From an uncultured Acidobacteriota bacterium (lineage in GTDB: Bacteria > Acidobacteriota > Terriglobia > Terriglobales > Acidobacteriaceae), in contig CAVOKS010000013.1 of the NCBI GenBank assembly GCA_963696565.1, positions 7,513 through 71,512 of the forward strand: 64,000 nucleotides of DNA. The letters are read 5' to 3'. Every line of letters begins with the position of its first letter. Within the stretch, counting starts at the first letter, position 1. Positions 9,368-20,540 of this stretch are shown in pieces. Position numbers and translations under genes: made by a program. The notes under the pieces were generated by a model. It was given only the letters and a program-made list of their open reading frames with translations. It did no database searches and was not told the origin of the DNA.

Positions 9368-9469
9368 CAGCTGTCGCTTCATATTACCTTCGTAAGCTTC
9401 ATCCCGCCTTTTGCCGTGAGTCTAGTCGCCTGACTACCGGACAATTCTTGTGACTCAAATTTTCTGATC

Positions 9470-11099
9470 GTGAGGCTCTATGGCCGTCTCCGTTCCGCCG
9501 ATTTCGTTTCTTGCTGGTTTGCGGTCTCCTCTGCGGTGCGACGGTTGGCCAGCAGGCAGACCCCGCGCCAACTGCTGGCGATAGTCCAATTCTTCTGCGG
9601 ACCAAGGCCAGAGCCTGGGAGAAATGGCGCGCAAGGTTCGAAAGGACCACACCGCTGAAGTGCAAATGTCGGACGCGGACGCGAAGGAACTTTTCAAATC
9701 GGTCGATAAGATCGTCGCTTTCGCTTCAGAGGATAGCGGCTTTCCGAAGCGCACCTCCGTCAAGCGTCGTCTGGTCGGTTCGGCTGAAGTCGAGCAGTAC
9801 ACTCGCGACGAGCAAGCGAAGGAAGGGTACGCGCAACGTTTCGCCCGCTCTGAGATGACCATGAAGAAATTCGGCCTTCTGCCCCGGGAATTCAATCTGC
9901 GGGAGTTCATGGTGAAGGCCAATGGCAAACAAATCGCCGCTTACTACGATGACGAGACGAAAACGATTTCGATGCTGAACTGGATTCCGCTGGAGCGCCA
10001 GGCGCCAATTCTTGCGCACGAACTGACTCACGCTCTGCAGGACCAGAATTATGATCTGAAGGCTTGGCTGAATGCGGGGCAAGGCGCAATCGCAAGCGGG
10101 AGAGAAAAAGGACAGCGAATCCGAAATTGACGATGACAGCGCGGGAGCGCGGCGAGCCGTGGTCGAAGGCCAGGCGCAAATCGTGTTTGTGGATTACATT
10201 CTGGCACCCCTCGGACGCAGCCTGCAAAATACGCCCGGGTTGATTTATCAGATGGAAGAGCCAGCCGTAAAAGCCAGCGCAGACTCGCAGTTGCTGCATG
10301 ACGCGCCCATGGTCCTGAGGGAAGTGGGCACGTTTCCCTATCGCGAAGGATCTGATCTTCGAAGGCGAATTACTGGAAAAAGGCGGGAAGGCGATGGCTT
10401 TTTCGGGAGTGTTCGCGCGTCCCCCTCGCAACACCCATGAGATGCTAGCAACCGACTGCTTATATCAACCGCGAGAAACTGCCGGCGGTCCGCATTCCCG
10501 ACGTTCAGCAAATACTCAGCGACAAGTATGCGGTGTATGACTCCGGCGGAATCGGCGAACTCGATGTGCGCGCGCTTCTGAAGACGTACGGAAATCGAAA
10601 AGAGGCAGAAACTCTTGCGGGATCCTGGCAGGGTGGAGCTTACGTTGCGTTTCGCAGGACTGCCAAAACCGACTGCCGGAGACGCTCACAACCGCCGACC
10701 TATCGCTTTTGTACGTTTCCCGATGGAAATCGCCTGCATCGGCGGAACGCTTTGCTCACATCTATGCGACTGCAATTGCTCAGCGCTACCAAAGCGCGAC
10801 GCCGCAGGCCGTTGCCTCATGCGCAGGCGCCAAGTGTCCCGCTTTCGCGGTACAGGTTCTTACCGAAGAAGGACCTGTGATCGTGCAGCAATGGGCAGAC
10901 AATACGGTGTTGATTTCCGAAAGTTTCGACCAAATTACGGCTGGCAAACTGGTGGATGCGGTGCGCCAAGGGAAAGCCGAAGTGCAAGCTGACAACGTGC
11001 GATCTGGACGAACTCAGTTTGCGTCTGCACGATCTGCCGGAGTTTTCCGCATTTCAGGCTCAGGTTGGCGACACAATATTGCGTGAGTTGGCAGAATAG
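9470..11099 (+). pseudogene. secreted HExxH zinc-metalloprotease-like protein, multiply frameshifted
   Basis: Signal-like start at GTG 9470 (MRLYGRLRSADF..LLVCGLLCGATVGQQ) and a zinc motif ILAHELTHALQDQ. Fragments are 9470..9658, 9511..9858, 9624..10130, 10072..10440, 10533..10880 and 10709..11086. A last frame ends LHDLPEFSAFQAQVGDTILRELAE with the stop at 11097..11099. There are at least 5 frame breaks. Confidence 0.55.
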
Positions 11100-11241
11100 A
11101 GCGAAATAGTCTAGAGCTGAGTTTCAGCGGCTCTTCTCCCGAGTTCGGACTCGCCGAGGAACCATCCCGCCTAACGAACCATTTCCCTTTTCCGTGCTGG
11201 TTGAGTACGATGTCTGTCCATATCCTGATCTTCTGCTAATC

Positions 11242-11703
11242 ATGGCAGCCATCACCCTGCGCATTAACGGCAGCGAGCGGAAAGTGGACGTCGCGCCCGA
11301 GACGCCCCTGCTCTGGGTTCTGCGCGACACGCTGGAATTGACCGGCACGAAATTTGGTTGTGGCGCCGGTCTTTGCGGCGCGTGTACTGTCCATGTGGAC
11401 GGAGCGCCCGTGCGTTCTTGCTCAACGCCAGTCTCGCAAGCCACGGCGAAAAATATCACCACCATTGAGGGATTGTCGGCGAACGGGCTGCATCCCTTGC
11501 AGCTCGCTTGGATCGAGGAGCAGGTGCCGCAATGTGGCTATTGTCAGACTGGCCAGATCATGGCTGCGGCGGCTTTGCTGGCAAAGAATCCGCAGCCTTC
11601 CGATGACCAGATTACGCAGGCGATGTCTGGCAACCTGTGCCGCTGCGGGACCTATGACCGCATTCGGCGTGCGATCCATCGGGCCGCGGGAGGTGCACGA
11701 TGA
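11242..11703 (+). CDS. (2Fe-2S)-binding small subunit of an IorA/CoxS-type molybdenum hydroxylase
   Basis: ORF 11194..11703, with the start at ATG 11242 ([17 protein letters not shown]). Cysteine clusters [12 protein letters not shown] and CGYCQTG...CRCGTY are present. Confidence 0.9.
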   Translation: MAAITLRINGSERKVDVAPETPLLWVLRDTLELTGTKFGCGAGLCGACTVHVDGAPVRSCSTPVSQATAKNITTIEGLSANGLHPLQLAWIEEQVPQCGYCQTGQIMAAAALLAKNPQPSDDQITQAMSGNLCRCGTYDRIRRAIHRAAGGAR

Positions 11704-13820
11704 GCCAGCTCTCCCGGCGTGACTTTCTCGCTGCTGGCGTGGCCGCTGGAGCCGGACTCGTCATTGGTTTCTATTTACCTCACGGAAGCTCGGCCGGGAA
11801 AGACACATTCGCGCCGAATGCTTATTTGAAGATCACGCCTGACGGAAAGATCACGATCGTAGTGGCGCGCTCTGAGATGGGGCAAGGAGTCCGCACTTCG
11901 CTTCCCATGATTCTCGCCGAAGAACTCGAAGCGGACTGGAAGCAGATCACGATTGAACAAGCCGGGGCGAGTACGCTTTACGGTGATCAGACTACCGGCG
12001 GCAGTGCGAGCGTGCGTACTACTTGGGATCCGATGCGAAAGGCTGGAGCAGCCGCGCGCGAAATGCTGATCAGCGCTGCCGCTCTAGAGTGGGGTGTTCC
12101 ACGCTCCGGCTGCAAAGCCGAAAACAGCGCAGTCGTGCATGCGGCGTCAAATCGCCGGCTCACGTATGGACAGTTGGCGAGCAAGGCCGAGTGCGCAGCC
12201 GATTCCGACTGACGTGCCTTTGAAGCAAGCCAAGGATTACCAAATCGTCGGCAAGCCTTTGCCGAGGCTTGATGTGCCGTCGAAGGTCGACGGCAAGGCT
12301 GAGTTCGGCATTGACTTTCGTCTCTCGGGCATGAAGTACGCTGTGCTGGCTCGGTGTCCCGTGATCGGAGGCAAAGTGGCAAGCTTCGATGACAAGGAAT
12401 CCAGGAAGATCTCTGGCGTTGGTTTCGTCGGAAAGATCAGTGATTCGGCCGTGGCCGTTGTCGCTGAAAGCGTTTGGAGCGCGATGGAAGGACGGCGCGT
12501 GCTGAATGTGCAATGGGATGAAGGGTCCGAATAAGGATCTTAATTCGGCCGCGATTTTCGAGTCATTGAAGAAGTCTGCTTCCGGCAAGGCGGTCACTCT
12601 GTACTCGACCGGCGATGTATCGAAAGCGTCAGGACGCCGCATTGCAGCCGAGTACCAGCTTCCGCTGATGGCACACGCCGCGATGGAACCGGGGAATTGC
12701 ACGGCGCACTTCCGCGGATCGAGCTGCGAGCTGTGGGCGCCAACGCAGGTGCCGCAGGATGTTCGCGACTCGGTGGCGCAGGCGATCGGACTGGATCCGG
12801 ATCAGGTCAAGGTCAATGTCACATTGATGGGAGGCGGATTCGGGCGACGATTGGAGCACGACTACGGAGTGGAGGCTGCGTTGGTCTCGAAGAGCGGCGA
12901 ATGCTCCCGTGAAAGTGCTGTGGACGCGCGAAGACGATATGCGGAACTCGACTTACCGTCCCGCGAGCTATCACCAACTCAGCGCGGTGCTCGATGGACG
13001 GGGCTGGCCGGTAGCATTCACACATCGGATTATCGCGCCTTCGATCAGCGGACAAAAAAAGTTGCCCACCGCGAATGGGGTCGATCCTGACCTGCCGGAT
13101 GAGGCTGCGCTGATTTATTCTTTTCCCGCCGCGACACTCGAATATGTGATGACCGAAACCCCCGTGCCCTTGGGCTGGATGCGTTCGGTGTACGCTCTGC
13201 AAGCCGGGTTTGCCAGCGAATCTTTTATCGATGAACTCGCGGCGGCGGCAAAAAAGGATCCACTCGAATACCGGATGCACTTGCTGTCGAAAGATGAAGA
13301 CATCAAATACTTCGATACGGTTTGGTATACGGCGCGGATGCGCGGTGTGCTGCAGCTAACGGCGGAGAAAGCCGGTTGGGGAAAACCGCTGCCGGCTGGC
13401 CACTATCAAGGGATCGCCTGCTTCGGTTGTTTCAGCACTTACATGGCGGAGGTCGTGGAGATCTCGATGGAGGGCGATCAGCCGCATATACATCGGGTGG
13501 TGGCGGCGATGGATTGTGGGCAAGTGGTGAATCCGAACATTCTCGAACAACAAATCAAGGGCGGCGTGATTTACGCGCTCACCAACGCTTTGCGTGCGCA
13601 GATCACGATTGAAAAAGGACGGGTGGTACAGGGGAACTTCGACGACTATGCGCCTATTCGTATGAATGAGGCTCCGCTGATCGAACCTTATTCAGTTCCG
13701 AGCACAGAGGCGCCGACCGGTGCGGGCGAGCCTCCGGTGCCGCCGCTGGCGCCCGCTTTGTGCAATGCGATTTTCGCGGCGACGAAAAAGCGCATACGCG
13801 CCTTGCCGATTTTGAGCTGA
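11700..13820 (+). pseudogene. molybdopterin-binding large subunit (IorB / aldehyde oxidase beta type), frameshifted
   Basis: ATGA overlap with the small subunit and a twin-arginine signal [19 protein letters not shown]. Fragments 11700..12212, 12094..12534, 12506..13090 and 12909..13820 together give a full-length subunit. Breaks lie near 12195, 12520 and 12900. Confidence 0.85.
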
Positions 13821-13835
13821 GGGCGACTTATAACA

Positions 13836-15502
13836 TCAGTTAGACTGAGTGCTCATCCCCGGCGGCGGTGGCCCAACCGTCAACTTGAAGATTGCGATAT
13901 TTCTTCCAAACGATTGCGGCGTGAGTTCGCGGAACTCTGGGACTCGACTCTGCAGTTCGTGAGCCAAATCCACTTCCCATCCCGCCTGCACGACCCAAAT
14001 CGCTCGACCAGATTTCAACGGGACATCGCGCAACAGTTCATTCCACTTGGACAGGAAATTCTCAGCGGTAAATATATACAGGTCGGGACCGGCGGCAGCA
14101 ATGTGGTATCCATTGCACGAAAATTGTTCCAAGCTTCCAACTGGCGCGGAAAAAGGAACCGGCTGCTCCGGGCACAAGTAGTAGCCAAGTAAGAGACGAG
14201 TCTGGTAGTCGACGAAGATCAGGTCTGACTGCGGGACCTGCGCGTGGATGAACCCCAGGGCACGAACCATCTGGATGCGGCTTTGATCTTCACGAAGAAT
14301 GTAGGGCCGATGCGGCTTTCCGAACAAGTTACACACCGCGACGATCACGATGCCAATCGCGATTCCATGAGTGAAATTTTGCTTCAATAACTTCGCCAGC
14401 GAGAAAACTGACACCGGCCACGGCGAACATGATGAGGAACGCAGAATGACGCGTTCCGCCATATGGATAGATTCTTGCAATGGAGGCTCCCGCGCCGACC
14501 GCAAAGGGCAAAACGAAAAGAGCTACCAGTTGCCGGGAAGAAACGTTTGACCTTCCGGGCAAAATATTTTCTTTCCAAAGCAAGACCACTCCCGCAATGA
14601 ACGCCACGAACGCAAGATCGCCGATCGCTAGTTGTGCGAATACATACTGGAACACGCCGCCGGTTCTTGCGATCGCGAACAGAAGGGGATTATCGTGCGC
14701 TGGACGATAGAAAGAATTGCCGAGCCATCCGTTGATGGTGCCGGATGCGTAATCTCCCTTCAGCTTTGAAATGTGAGAGACGTACAGAGCCGCGATGAGC
14801 CCAACAGCGCCCGCCTGCCCCGAAGTCCAAGCCACGCAGACTTGGGCTGAGGGACGGCAAGCGATCACGCGAAGCAGAGAATAGAGGCCGACCGCGGCGG
14901 CAAACAAAATCGCTGAGTAATGCGAGAGCAGAGCGAGATAAAGAGACAACGCAGACAACAGCATCACGGCCGCCGAGTTTTTTTCTAAAGCGCGCTCAAG
15001 CAGATACGCAGTGCCGGCAAGAAACAAGAGGAGCAGCGCATACTGACGCACCTCCGCCGAAAGCTCGATCATCGGTGGAAGAAAAGCCACCAGGATCCAC
15101 CCGATAAAACCCGCAACAGGTCCGAGGATGTGCGTAAGCCATTTGAAGAAGATCCAGCAAAATATGGTGCCCGCGATTACCGAAGGAAGGCGCAGAACGA
15201 ATTCCGAAGTACCAACTCCGCGCCACCAGTAAAGTACAAAGGTGAGAAGCGGAGGATGAGCATTTGTAAGGCTCGCCTGATAAGCCAGCTGGCATGAGGA
15301 TTGATTGGCGAGAAGATAGTGGAGCGCTTCGTCCGGATTTAGAAATGTTCCTGACTGCAGCGCGCAGACGAACCAGGAAGGCTCCGGTCACAATCAACAG
15401 TGCGCTGAGATGCGAATGCGTCTCGAACCAGCTCACGGAGCGCTGATTTCCTCCCGACTGTGATCCGAGTTCACCCTGCAGGCCTTGCCGTGAGTGATTC
15501 AT
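13836..15502 (-). pseudogene. GT39 / ArnT-like (PMT_2) membrane glycosyltransferase paralog, frameshifted
   Basis: Fragments are 14996..15583 (start ATG 15502, MNHSRQG), 14329..15090 and 13836..14504. It has a polytopic N-terminal region (AFLPPMIELSAEVRQYALLLLFLAGTAYLL) and a soluble C-terminal domain. There are at least 3 frame breaks. Confidence 0.6.
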
Positions 15503-15515
15503 TAGAAGATACGAA

Positions 15516-16859
15516 TCAACCGTTGCTGGAAGGTCGCCCGATTGTCCGAGGCCGATCTTTCCCTTCGTCTCCAGAAATGACATACAGCATCAGGATACCC
15601 AGCTCCGGCTCGATGGGATGCCGGTATCGCGGATGAGGAAAGAGAAAGTAATACACCAGCGGATAGGAAAAGATCAGCCAAAAGAAAAGCCATGCACCCG
15701 GCTTGTGCTTACGCAAAGCGCGTTTCAAACCCCAGAAGGCAAGCACGGAAGAAGCCGCGAATAAAAATTTCCTGAAGAACGCCACGACAGGATTCTCCGA
15801 CACTTTCGGCACTCCGCCCCAGTAGTAGAAGAAGCGCCGTAAACTCAGGCCGGCGAATCGCGCGTAATCTTCGCGAATGTAAGCCATCGCTTCTCGTTTT
15901 CGTTCGGCCACATAGGCAAGCTCCCCGAGTTCTTCATAGCGGCGCATCTCGGAGACGTTCTTGGTTGGGTGAAGATAATCCATCCATGTGCCATCGGCAC
16001 CGGGTCCGTTTCCTAATCGCAGTTCGGCGCCAAAGTTAGAACGGATGAAAACAGGCTGCCCGAAGATACGGTTGTTGCGGACCAGCCAGGGTGTGATGCA
16101 AGCAGCGAAGATGACCGACGCGAGAAGAACTCCTCCGAGCGAACGCTTATCGAGCTTGGCGCGGCGGTACCAGGCCCACAATCCGGATGCGGGCAGAAAT
16201 GACAACAGGGTGGTGTTGGTGAGCGCTGCAACGCCCCACAAGAGGCCAAATTGCAGCCATGGCGTCAATCCGTCTTTTTCTTCTAACGTCAGCGTCAGCC
16301 AGAAAATCAGCGCCAGCAACAGTGCCGCGAGACTTGTTTCCCAGACCCAGCGCGTACACCAGAAAATAATGGACGGCAGCAGCGCCCAAGTCCAGCAACT
16401 CCAAACTGCGACTCTTTCGTTAAAACATCTTTTCGCGATTAAGAAAATCGGAATGCAAGTAAGCGCGGAAAAGATACTGTTAATGGTCAAGAGAAGTATG
16501 GCCGAAGTGCGACTGTAAACTCCGACGACGCGGAAAACGCCCGCGATGAGAAAGGGATAAAGCGGCGGTTCCCACGCTGTTGGCCCGGTAGTCTCGTTGA
16601 ACGGATTGCTGAAACCCTGGCCTTGAGCGAGGGAGCTCCCGATCCGGCCCATCTCGAAGCCAAAACCAAAATCCTTCTCGTTAGCTGCGAGTAACTGATT
16701 GCTGGAGTGAAACCTGTAAGTATGTCCAATGATGATGTAGCCGAGGCGCACCGCGAAGGCGATGATCACGATCCAGAAAAGAGATGTCCGCGTGCGCGCC
16801 CACCAGCGCCGACGAGCGCTCAGAGCGGCAACAGTCGGAGTCGTTGTAACATCTACCAT
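15516..16859 (-). CDS. GT39 / ArnT-like (PMT_2) membrane glycosyltransferase
   Basis: Intact 447-aa ORF with many TM helices and an N-terminus RRRWWARTRTSLFWIVIIAFAVRLGYII. The family call is by resemblance only. It lies 13 nt upstream of the decayed paralog. Confidence 0.7.
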   Translation of the reverse strand: MVDVTTTPTVAALSARRRWWARTRTSLFWIVIIAFAVRLGYIIIGHTYRFHSSNQLLAANEKDFGFGFEMGRIGSSLAQGQGFSNPFNETTGPTAWEPPLYPFLIAGVFRVVGVYSRTSAILLLTINSIFSALTCIPIFLIAKRCFNERVAVWSCWTWALLPSIIFWCTRWVWETSLAALLLALIFWLTLTLEEKDGLTPWLQFGLLWGVAALTNTTLLSFLPASGLWAWYRRAKLDKRSLGGVLLASVIFAACITPWLVRNNRIFGQPVFIRSNFGAELRLGNGPGADGTWMDYLHPTKNVSEMRRYEELGELAYVAERKREAMAYIREDYARFAGLSLRRFFYYWGGVPKVSENPVVAFFRKFLFAASSVLAFWGLKRALRKHKPGAWLFFWLIFSYPLVYYFLFPHPRYRHPIEPELGILMLYVISGDEGKDRPRTIGRPSSNG

Positions 16860-16882
16860 TTCTTAGATTATCGCGAGGAGCT

Positions 16883-17441
16883 CTAGCGGGGCCAGAGCCA
16901 GCCGAAGGTTCCGGCGGTCAGCAGGCCGTAGACGAGTCCGTCGATGACTTCTTTGATGGTCATCGACCAGGTTTGACCTTTCCAAATTCCGTCGCTGACG
17001 TGTCCCAAACCGTAGGCGAGGAAAGCGGCGGTGCCGACAACACGAAATACCACCAGATAGTTTGCGCCAAACGGAACCGTGTGCGCGGTGAGGTACGCGA
17101 CGAAGAAACCGATCAGCAGGCAATAAAAGAACCACTGAACCATAAATTTCGGCACGGCAGGCGGCCCGCTCGGCATGATGGTCATAAACCCGACCGGTCC
17201 CTGCTTGTACTTTTCGATCGCGGCGGGCGACTTCATGTCTTTCGGCAGGAAGTAAGGAAAAACGTAGAGGCCTCGTTTCAGGTTGGCAGGCCGCAGCAAG
17301 GCGAGGAACTTGTCCTCGTCAGGGATCTGGTAGCAGTCGCTCTGATGGTATTTAAGCACGCACGTGCATGATGGAGCTGGCGATAAAGACGATCACAGCC
17401 GACAGAACGATAGGCAGCCAAAGAGCGGCGAGTGGAACCAC
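16883..17441 (-). pseudogene. hypothetical membrane protein, one frameshift
   Basis: GGAGG plus GTG 17441 gives VVPLAALWLPIVLSAVIVFIASSIMHV, which runs into a stop. The sequence continues in ORF 16883..17359 (VLKYHQSDCYQIPDEDKF...). The break is near 17360. No family was recognised. Confidence 0.5.
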
Positions 17442-17550
17442 GGACAGCCTCCTCGAACGCGAAGGTGAATGCCGGAATTCGCAGGCGACGTTACGCTGCC
17501 GCGAAGTGGAAGTCAAGAGGAAGGCTGGGCTTCTCGTCTTCCCCCGCTCC

Positions 17551-17580
17551 TTGACACTACGCTCCTGCGGCCTTTATCCT
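17551..17580 (+). promoter_or_regulatory. candidate sigma70-type promoter for yceD-rpmF-plsX-fabD
   Basis: TTGACA (17551..17556), an 18-nt spacer and TATCCT (17575..17580), about 85 nt upstream of yceD. Confidence 0.3.
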
Positions 17581-17665
17581 TAAATTTCGCTCCCTGGAGA
17601 AGTTACGCCTCTGAGCGTGCTTCCGCGTTCCTTTGCGGTACCAGGTGGGGGTGCGGGGGACCTCG

Positions 17666-18217
17666 ATGCTCATCGAAATCAAAGAGTTAGAACTCCATCC
17701 GATTGATTTTGAGGAGGAGTATGGTCCGGGCGTGCTCGATTTAGGCCCGGATCTTCAGCAAAGCACGCCGCTGCACGCCGCAGGACGCGCGCAACTAATC
17801 GAGGAGCATCACGGGAAGCATCAGCTGATCCAGGATATACGGATCAACGGCGAGCTCTCCACGACACTTGAGTTGCCTTGCGCCCGTTGTCTGGAGCCGG
17901 TGATCCAAGACGTTCGGCGTAGCTTTGATTTGCTATACCGGCCGCTGGGCGCGGATGCTGGTCGGGAGGAGCTTTCTGTAACCGGGGCCGAAGCCGAAGT
18001 CAGCTATTATCAGGGCGAGGGTTTGTTGCTCGAAGATGCGGTGCGGGAGCAGGTGCTGTTAGCCGTGCCGTTGAAAGTCATCTGCCGCGAGGACTGCAAG
18101 GGCCTTTGTCCGCACTGCGGGGCGAATCAGAACCTGGAGCAATGCTCTTGCTCGGAGCCGATGGAAGATCCGCGGTGGACGGCGCTCAAGGATATTCGCA
18201 GCAAGTTGGAAGACTGA
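17666..18217 (+). CDS. yceD: YceD family (DUF177) protein
   Basis: ORF 17633..18217, with the start at ATG 17666 (MLIEIKELELHP). The C-terminal cysteine motif CREDCKGLCPHCGANQN..CSC is present. It sits immediately upstream of rpmF, the usual position. Confidence 0.85.
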   Translation: MLIEIKELELHPIDFEEEYGPGVLDLGPDLQQSTPLHAAGRAQLIEEHHGKHQLIQDIRINGELSTTLELPCARCLEPVIQDVRRSFDLLYRPLGADAGREELSVTGAEAEVSYYQGEGLLLEDAVREQVLLAVPLKVICREDCKGLCPHCGANQNLEQCSCSEPMEDPRWTALKDIRSKLED

Positions 18218-18274
18218 TCGTCATTATCTGAAAACCGCACGAGCGAGGACGCTCGCGCCTACAAAGGAATCTAA

Positions 18275-18460
18275 ATGCCAAATCCAAAACGGCGACACTC
18301 GAAAGCACGTACCGGAAGCCGGCGAGCTCATGATTCGCTCAAGAGCCATTCGCTTTCCGAATGTCCGAATTGCCACGAGCGCAAGATGCCGCATCGCGCC
18401 TGCCCCAAGTGCGGCTACTACAAAGGCCGCGAAGTTTTGAACGTCGAGGAAGCCAGCTAG
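18275..18460 (+). CDS. rpmF: 50S ribosomal protein L32
   Basis: 61 aa, MPNPKRRHSKARTGSRRAHD, with a CPNC...CPKC ribbon. Confidence 0.97.
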   Translation: MPNPKRRHSKARTGSRRAHDSLKSHSLSECPNCHERKMPHRACPKCGYYKGREVLNVEEAS

Positions 18461-18472
18461 CGCCGCCACCCC

Positions 18473-19541
18473 ATGCCAAGCGTCATAGCCTTGGACGCGA
18501 TGGGCTCGGACCGCAGGCCGAAGCCCGAGATCGAAGGGGCAATTCAGGCGGCACGGCATTACGATGTCCATATTCTTCTAGTGGGCCCGGAACCGGCTCT
18601 CCGGGCCGAGTTGGCGCGTTATCCCACCGCGGCCGGACTCCCTATTAATGTCGTCCATGCCAGCGAAATTATCAGCATGGAGGACAAAGCGGTGCAAGCC
18701 GTTCGCGCCAAGCGCGATTCGTCCATGCGAGTCGGCCTTCGTTTGGTGCGCGATGGACGCGCCTCGGGCTTCATCACCGCCGGCAACACCGGCGCGGCGA
18801 TGGCTACGGCAAAAATGGTGTTGGGAGCGATCCCCGGAGTTGACCGGCCCGCGCTGGCGGCTGTGTTTCCCACGGCGATCGGCACTGTCGCCAGTCTCTT
18901 GGACGTGGGCGCCAACGTCGACAGCAAGGCGCACAATCTCGAGCAATTTGCCGTCATGGGAGAAATTTATTTTCGCACGTTGTTTGGGACGAAGCGTCCG
19001 CGCGTGGGATTGCTTTCGATTGGCGAGGAAGAAACCAAGGGAAACGAGCTGACTCGCGAAGCCTTCCAGCTTCTGCAGAAAGCTTCCGCTGAATTTCGTG
19101 GGCAACGTGGAAGGCCGCGACTTGTATAACGGCAAAGTGGACGTTATTGTTGCGGACGGGTTCGTGGGAAACGTTGCGCTGAAGATTTCAGAAGGCGTAG
19201 CCAACCTGGTCCGCTCCACGTTGAAAGAGTCGCTGAAGGCAACCATTACGCGTCAGGTTGGCGCTTTGCTCTCGCGCAGCGCGTTTGCGGATTTCAAGAA
19301 ACGTCTTGACCATACGGAATATGGTGGGGCACCCTTGCTGGGAGTGAAGGGAGTTTGCTTCATCACCCATGGATCGTCGAATGCGAATGCGATCAAGAAT
19401 GCGATTCGCGTGGCGGCAGAGTTTGCTGAGCACCCTATTAATGCCGAGATCGAGCGAACGTTGATCGGAATTCGGGCGTCAAGGGCAGCTCGCAGCGGAA
19501 TCGAAGATGTTCCCAGCGATGTCTCTACGACCATCGCATAA
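18473..19541 (+). pseudogene. plsX: phosphate acyltransferase PlsX, one frameshift
   Basis: Starts MPSVIALDAMGSD. Fragments are 18473..19129 and 19098..19541 ([31 protein letters not shown]). The break is near 19090. Confidence 0.9.
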
Positions 19542-19544
19542 ACT

Positions 19545-20507
19545 ATGACAACTTCTTCACCCACAAATGGGTCCATTGCGTTTCTTTTTCCCGGTCAGGG
19601 GTCGCAGGCCATGGGCATGAGCAAAGAACTCGCCGAACAATATCCCATCGCCCGGCAGACATTTGAAGAGGCTGACGAAGCGCTCGGCTACAAGCTCTCT
19701 CAGGCTTGTTTTGAAGGTCCCGAAGATCAGCTTCGCTTGACCGAGATTACGCAGCCAGCGATTCTGACCGCGTCCGTAGCGGCTTGGCGGGTTGTGAACG
19801 AGAACGGCTTAACGGCTCGTTTCGTCGCTGGGCATAGCCTGGGAGAATACTCGGCGCACGTGGCGGCGGGGACTCTGAGTTTCGTCGATGCGGTGCGCAC
19901 CGTACGGCATCGCGGTAAATACATGCAGGAAGCGGTTCCCGTTGGTGTCGGCACGATGGCGGCGATTCTTGGCATGGAATTCGAGAAAGTCGCTGCGGTT
20001 TGCCGCGACGCCGCGCAGGGTGAGGTTTGCGAACCCGCCAATATCAATTCTCCCGAGCAGATTGTTATTTCTGGCCACACAGCGGCGGTGGAACGCGCTA
20101 CTAGACTCGCTGACGATCGCGGCGCGAAGCGCGCAAAAGTCTTGCCGGTCAGCGCACCGTTTCATTGCTCGCTGATGAAGCCAGCGCAGGATCGTCTGGC
20201 CATCGATCTTTCTTCAATGGCTTTCAACAAGCCCACGGCAGGAGTTGTCTGCAACGTCGACGCCGCATTGCTCGAAGATGCCGACCGCAGCCGCGACGCG
20301 CTGATCCGGCAGGTGACGGGCTCGGTGAAGTGGGAGCAATCCATGCGCCTGCTTATCGAGCAGGGCGTAGACACTTTCCTCGAGATCGGTCCGGGGAAGG
20401 TGCTTTGCGGCCTGATGCGCCAGATCGACCGCTCTCAGAAATGTCTCAACGTCGCCGACGAAGCATCGTTGCAAAAGACTTTGGAACAGATCGCCCTCAA
20501 AGCTTGA
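19545..20507 (+). CDS. fabD: ACP S-malonyltransferase FabD
   Basis: 320 aa with FLFPGQGSQ, the active-site GHSLGEYSA, and VSAPFHCSLM. Confidence 0.95.
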   Translation: MTTSSPTNGSIAFLFPGQGSQAMGMSKELAEQYPIARQTFEEADEALGYKLSQACFEGPEDQLRLTEITQPAILTASVAAWRVVNENGLTARFVAGHSLGEYSAHVAAGTLSFVDAVRTVRHRGKYMQEAVPVGVGTMAAILGMEFEKVAAVCRDAAQGEVCEPANINSPEQIVISGHTAAVERATRLADDRGAKRAKVLPVSAPFHCSLMKPAQDRLAIDLSSMAFNKPTAGVVCNVDAALLEDADRSRDALIRQVTGSVKWEQSMRLLIEQGVDTFLEIGPGKVLCGLMRQIDRSQKCLNVADEASLQKTLEQIALKA

Positions 20508-20540
20508 TTTCGCCGTCTTTGAAATCCTCGATGCAGCGTA

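Noticed and set aside
8684-9400. The toxin-antitoxin locus as part of a mobile element or genomic island
   Set aside because: No integrase, transposase, tRNA target or flanking direct repeats were found, and the neighbouring genes are ordinary chromosomal genes.
9470-15502. Programmed ribosomal frameshifting or recoding as the cause of the split genes
   Set aside because: There are too many breaks per gene. No slippery heptamer or downstream structure recurs at the break sites. The breaks occur in unrelated gene families, including one compensating pair.
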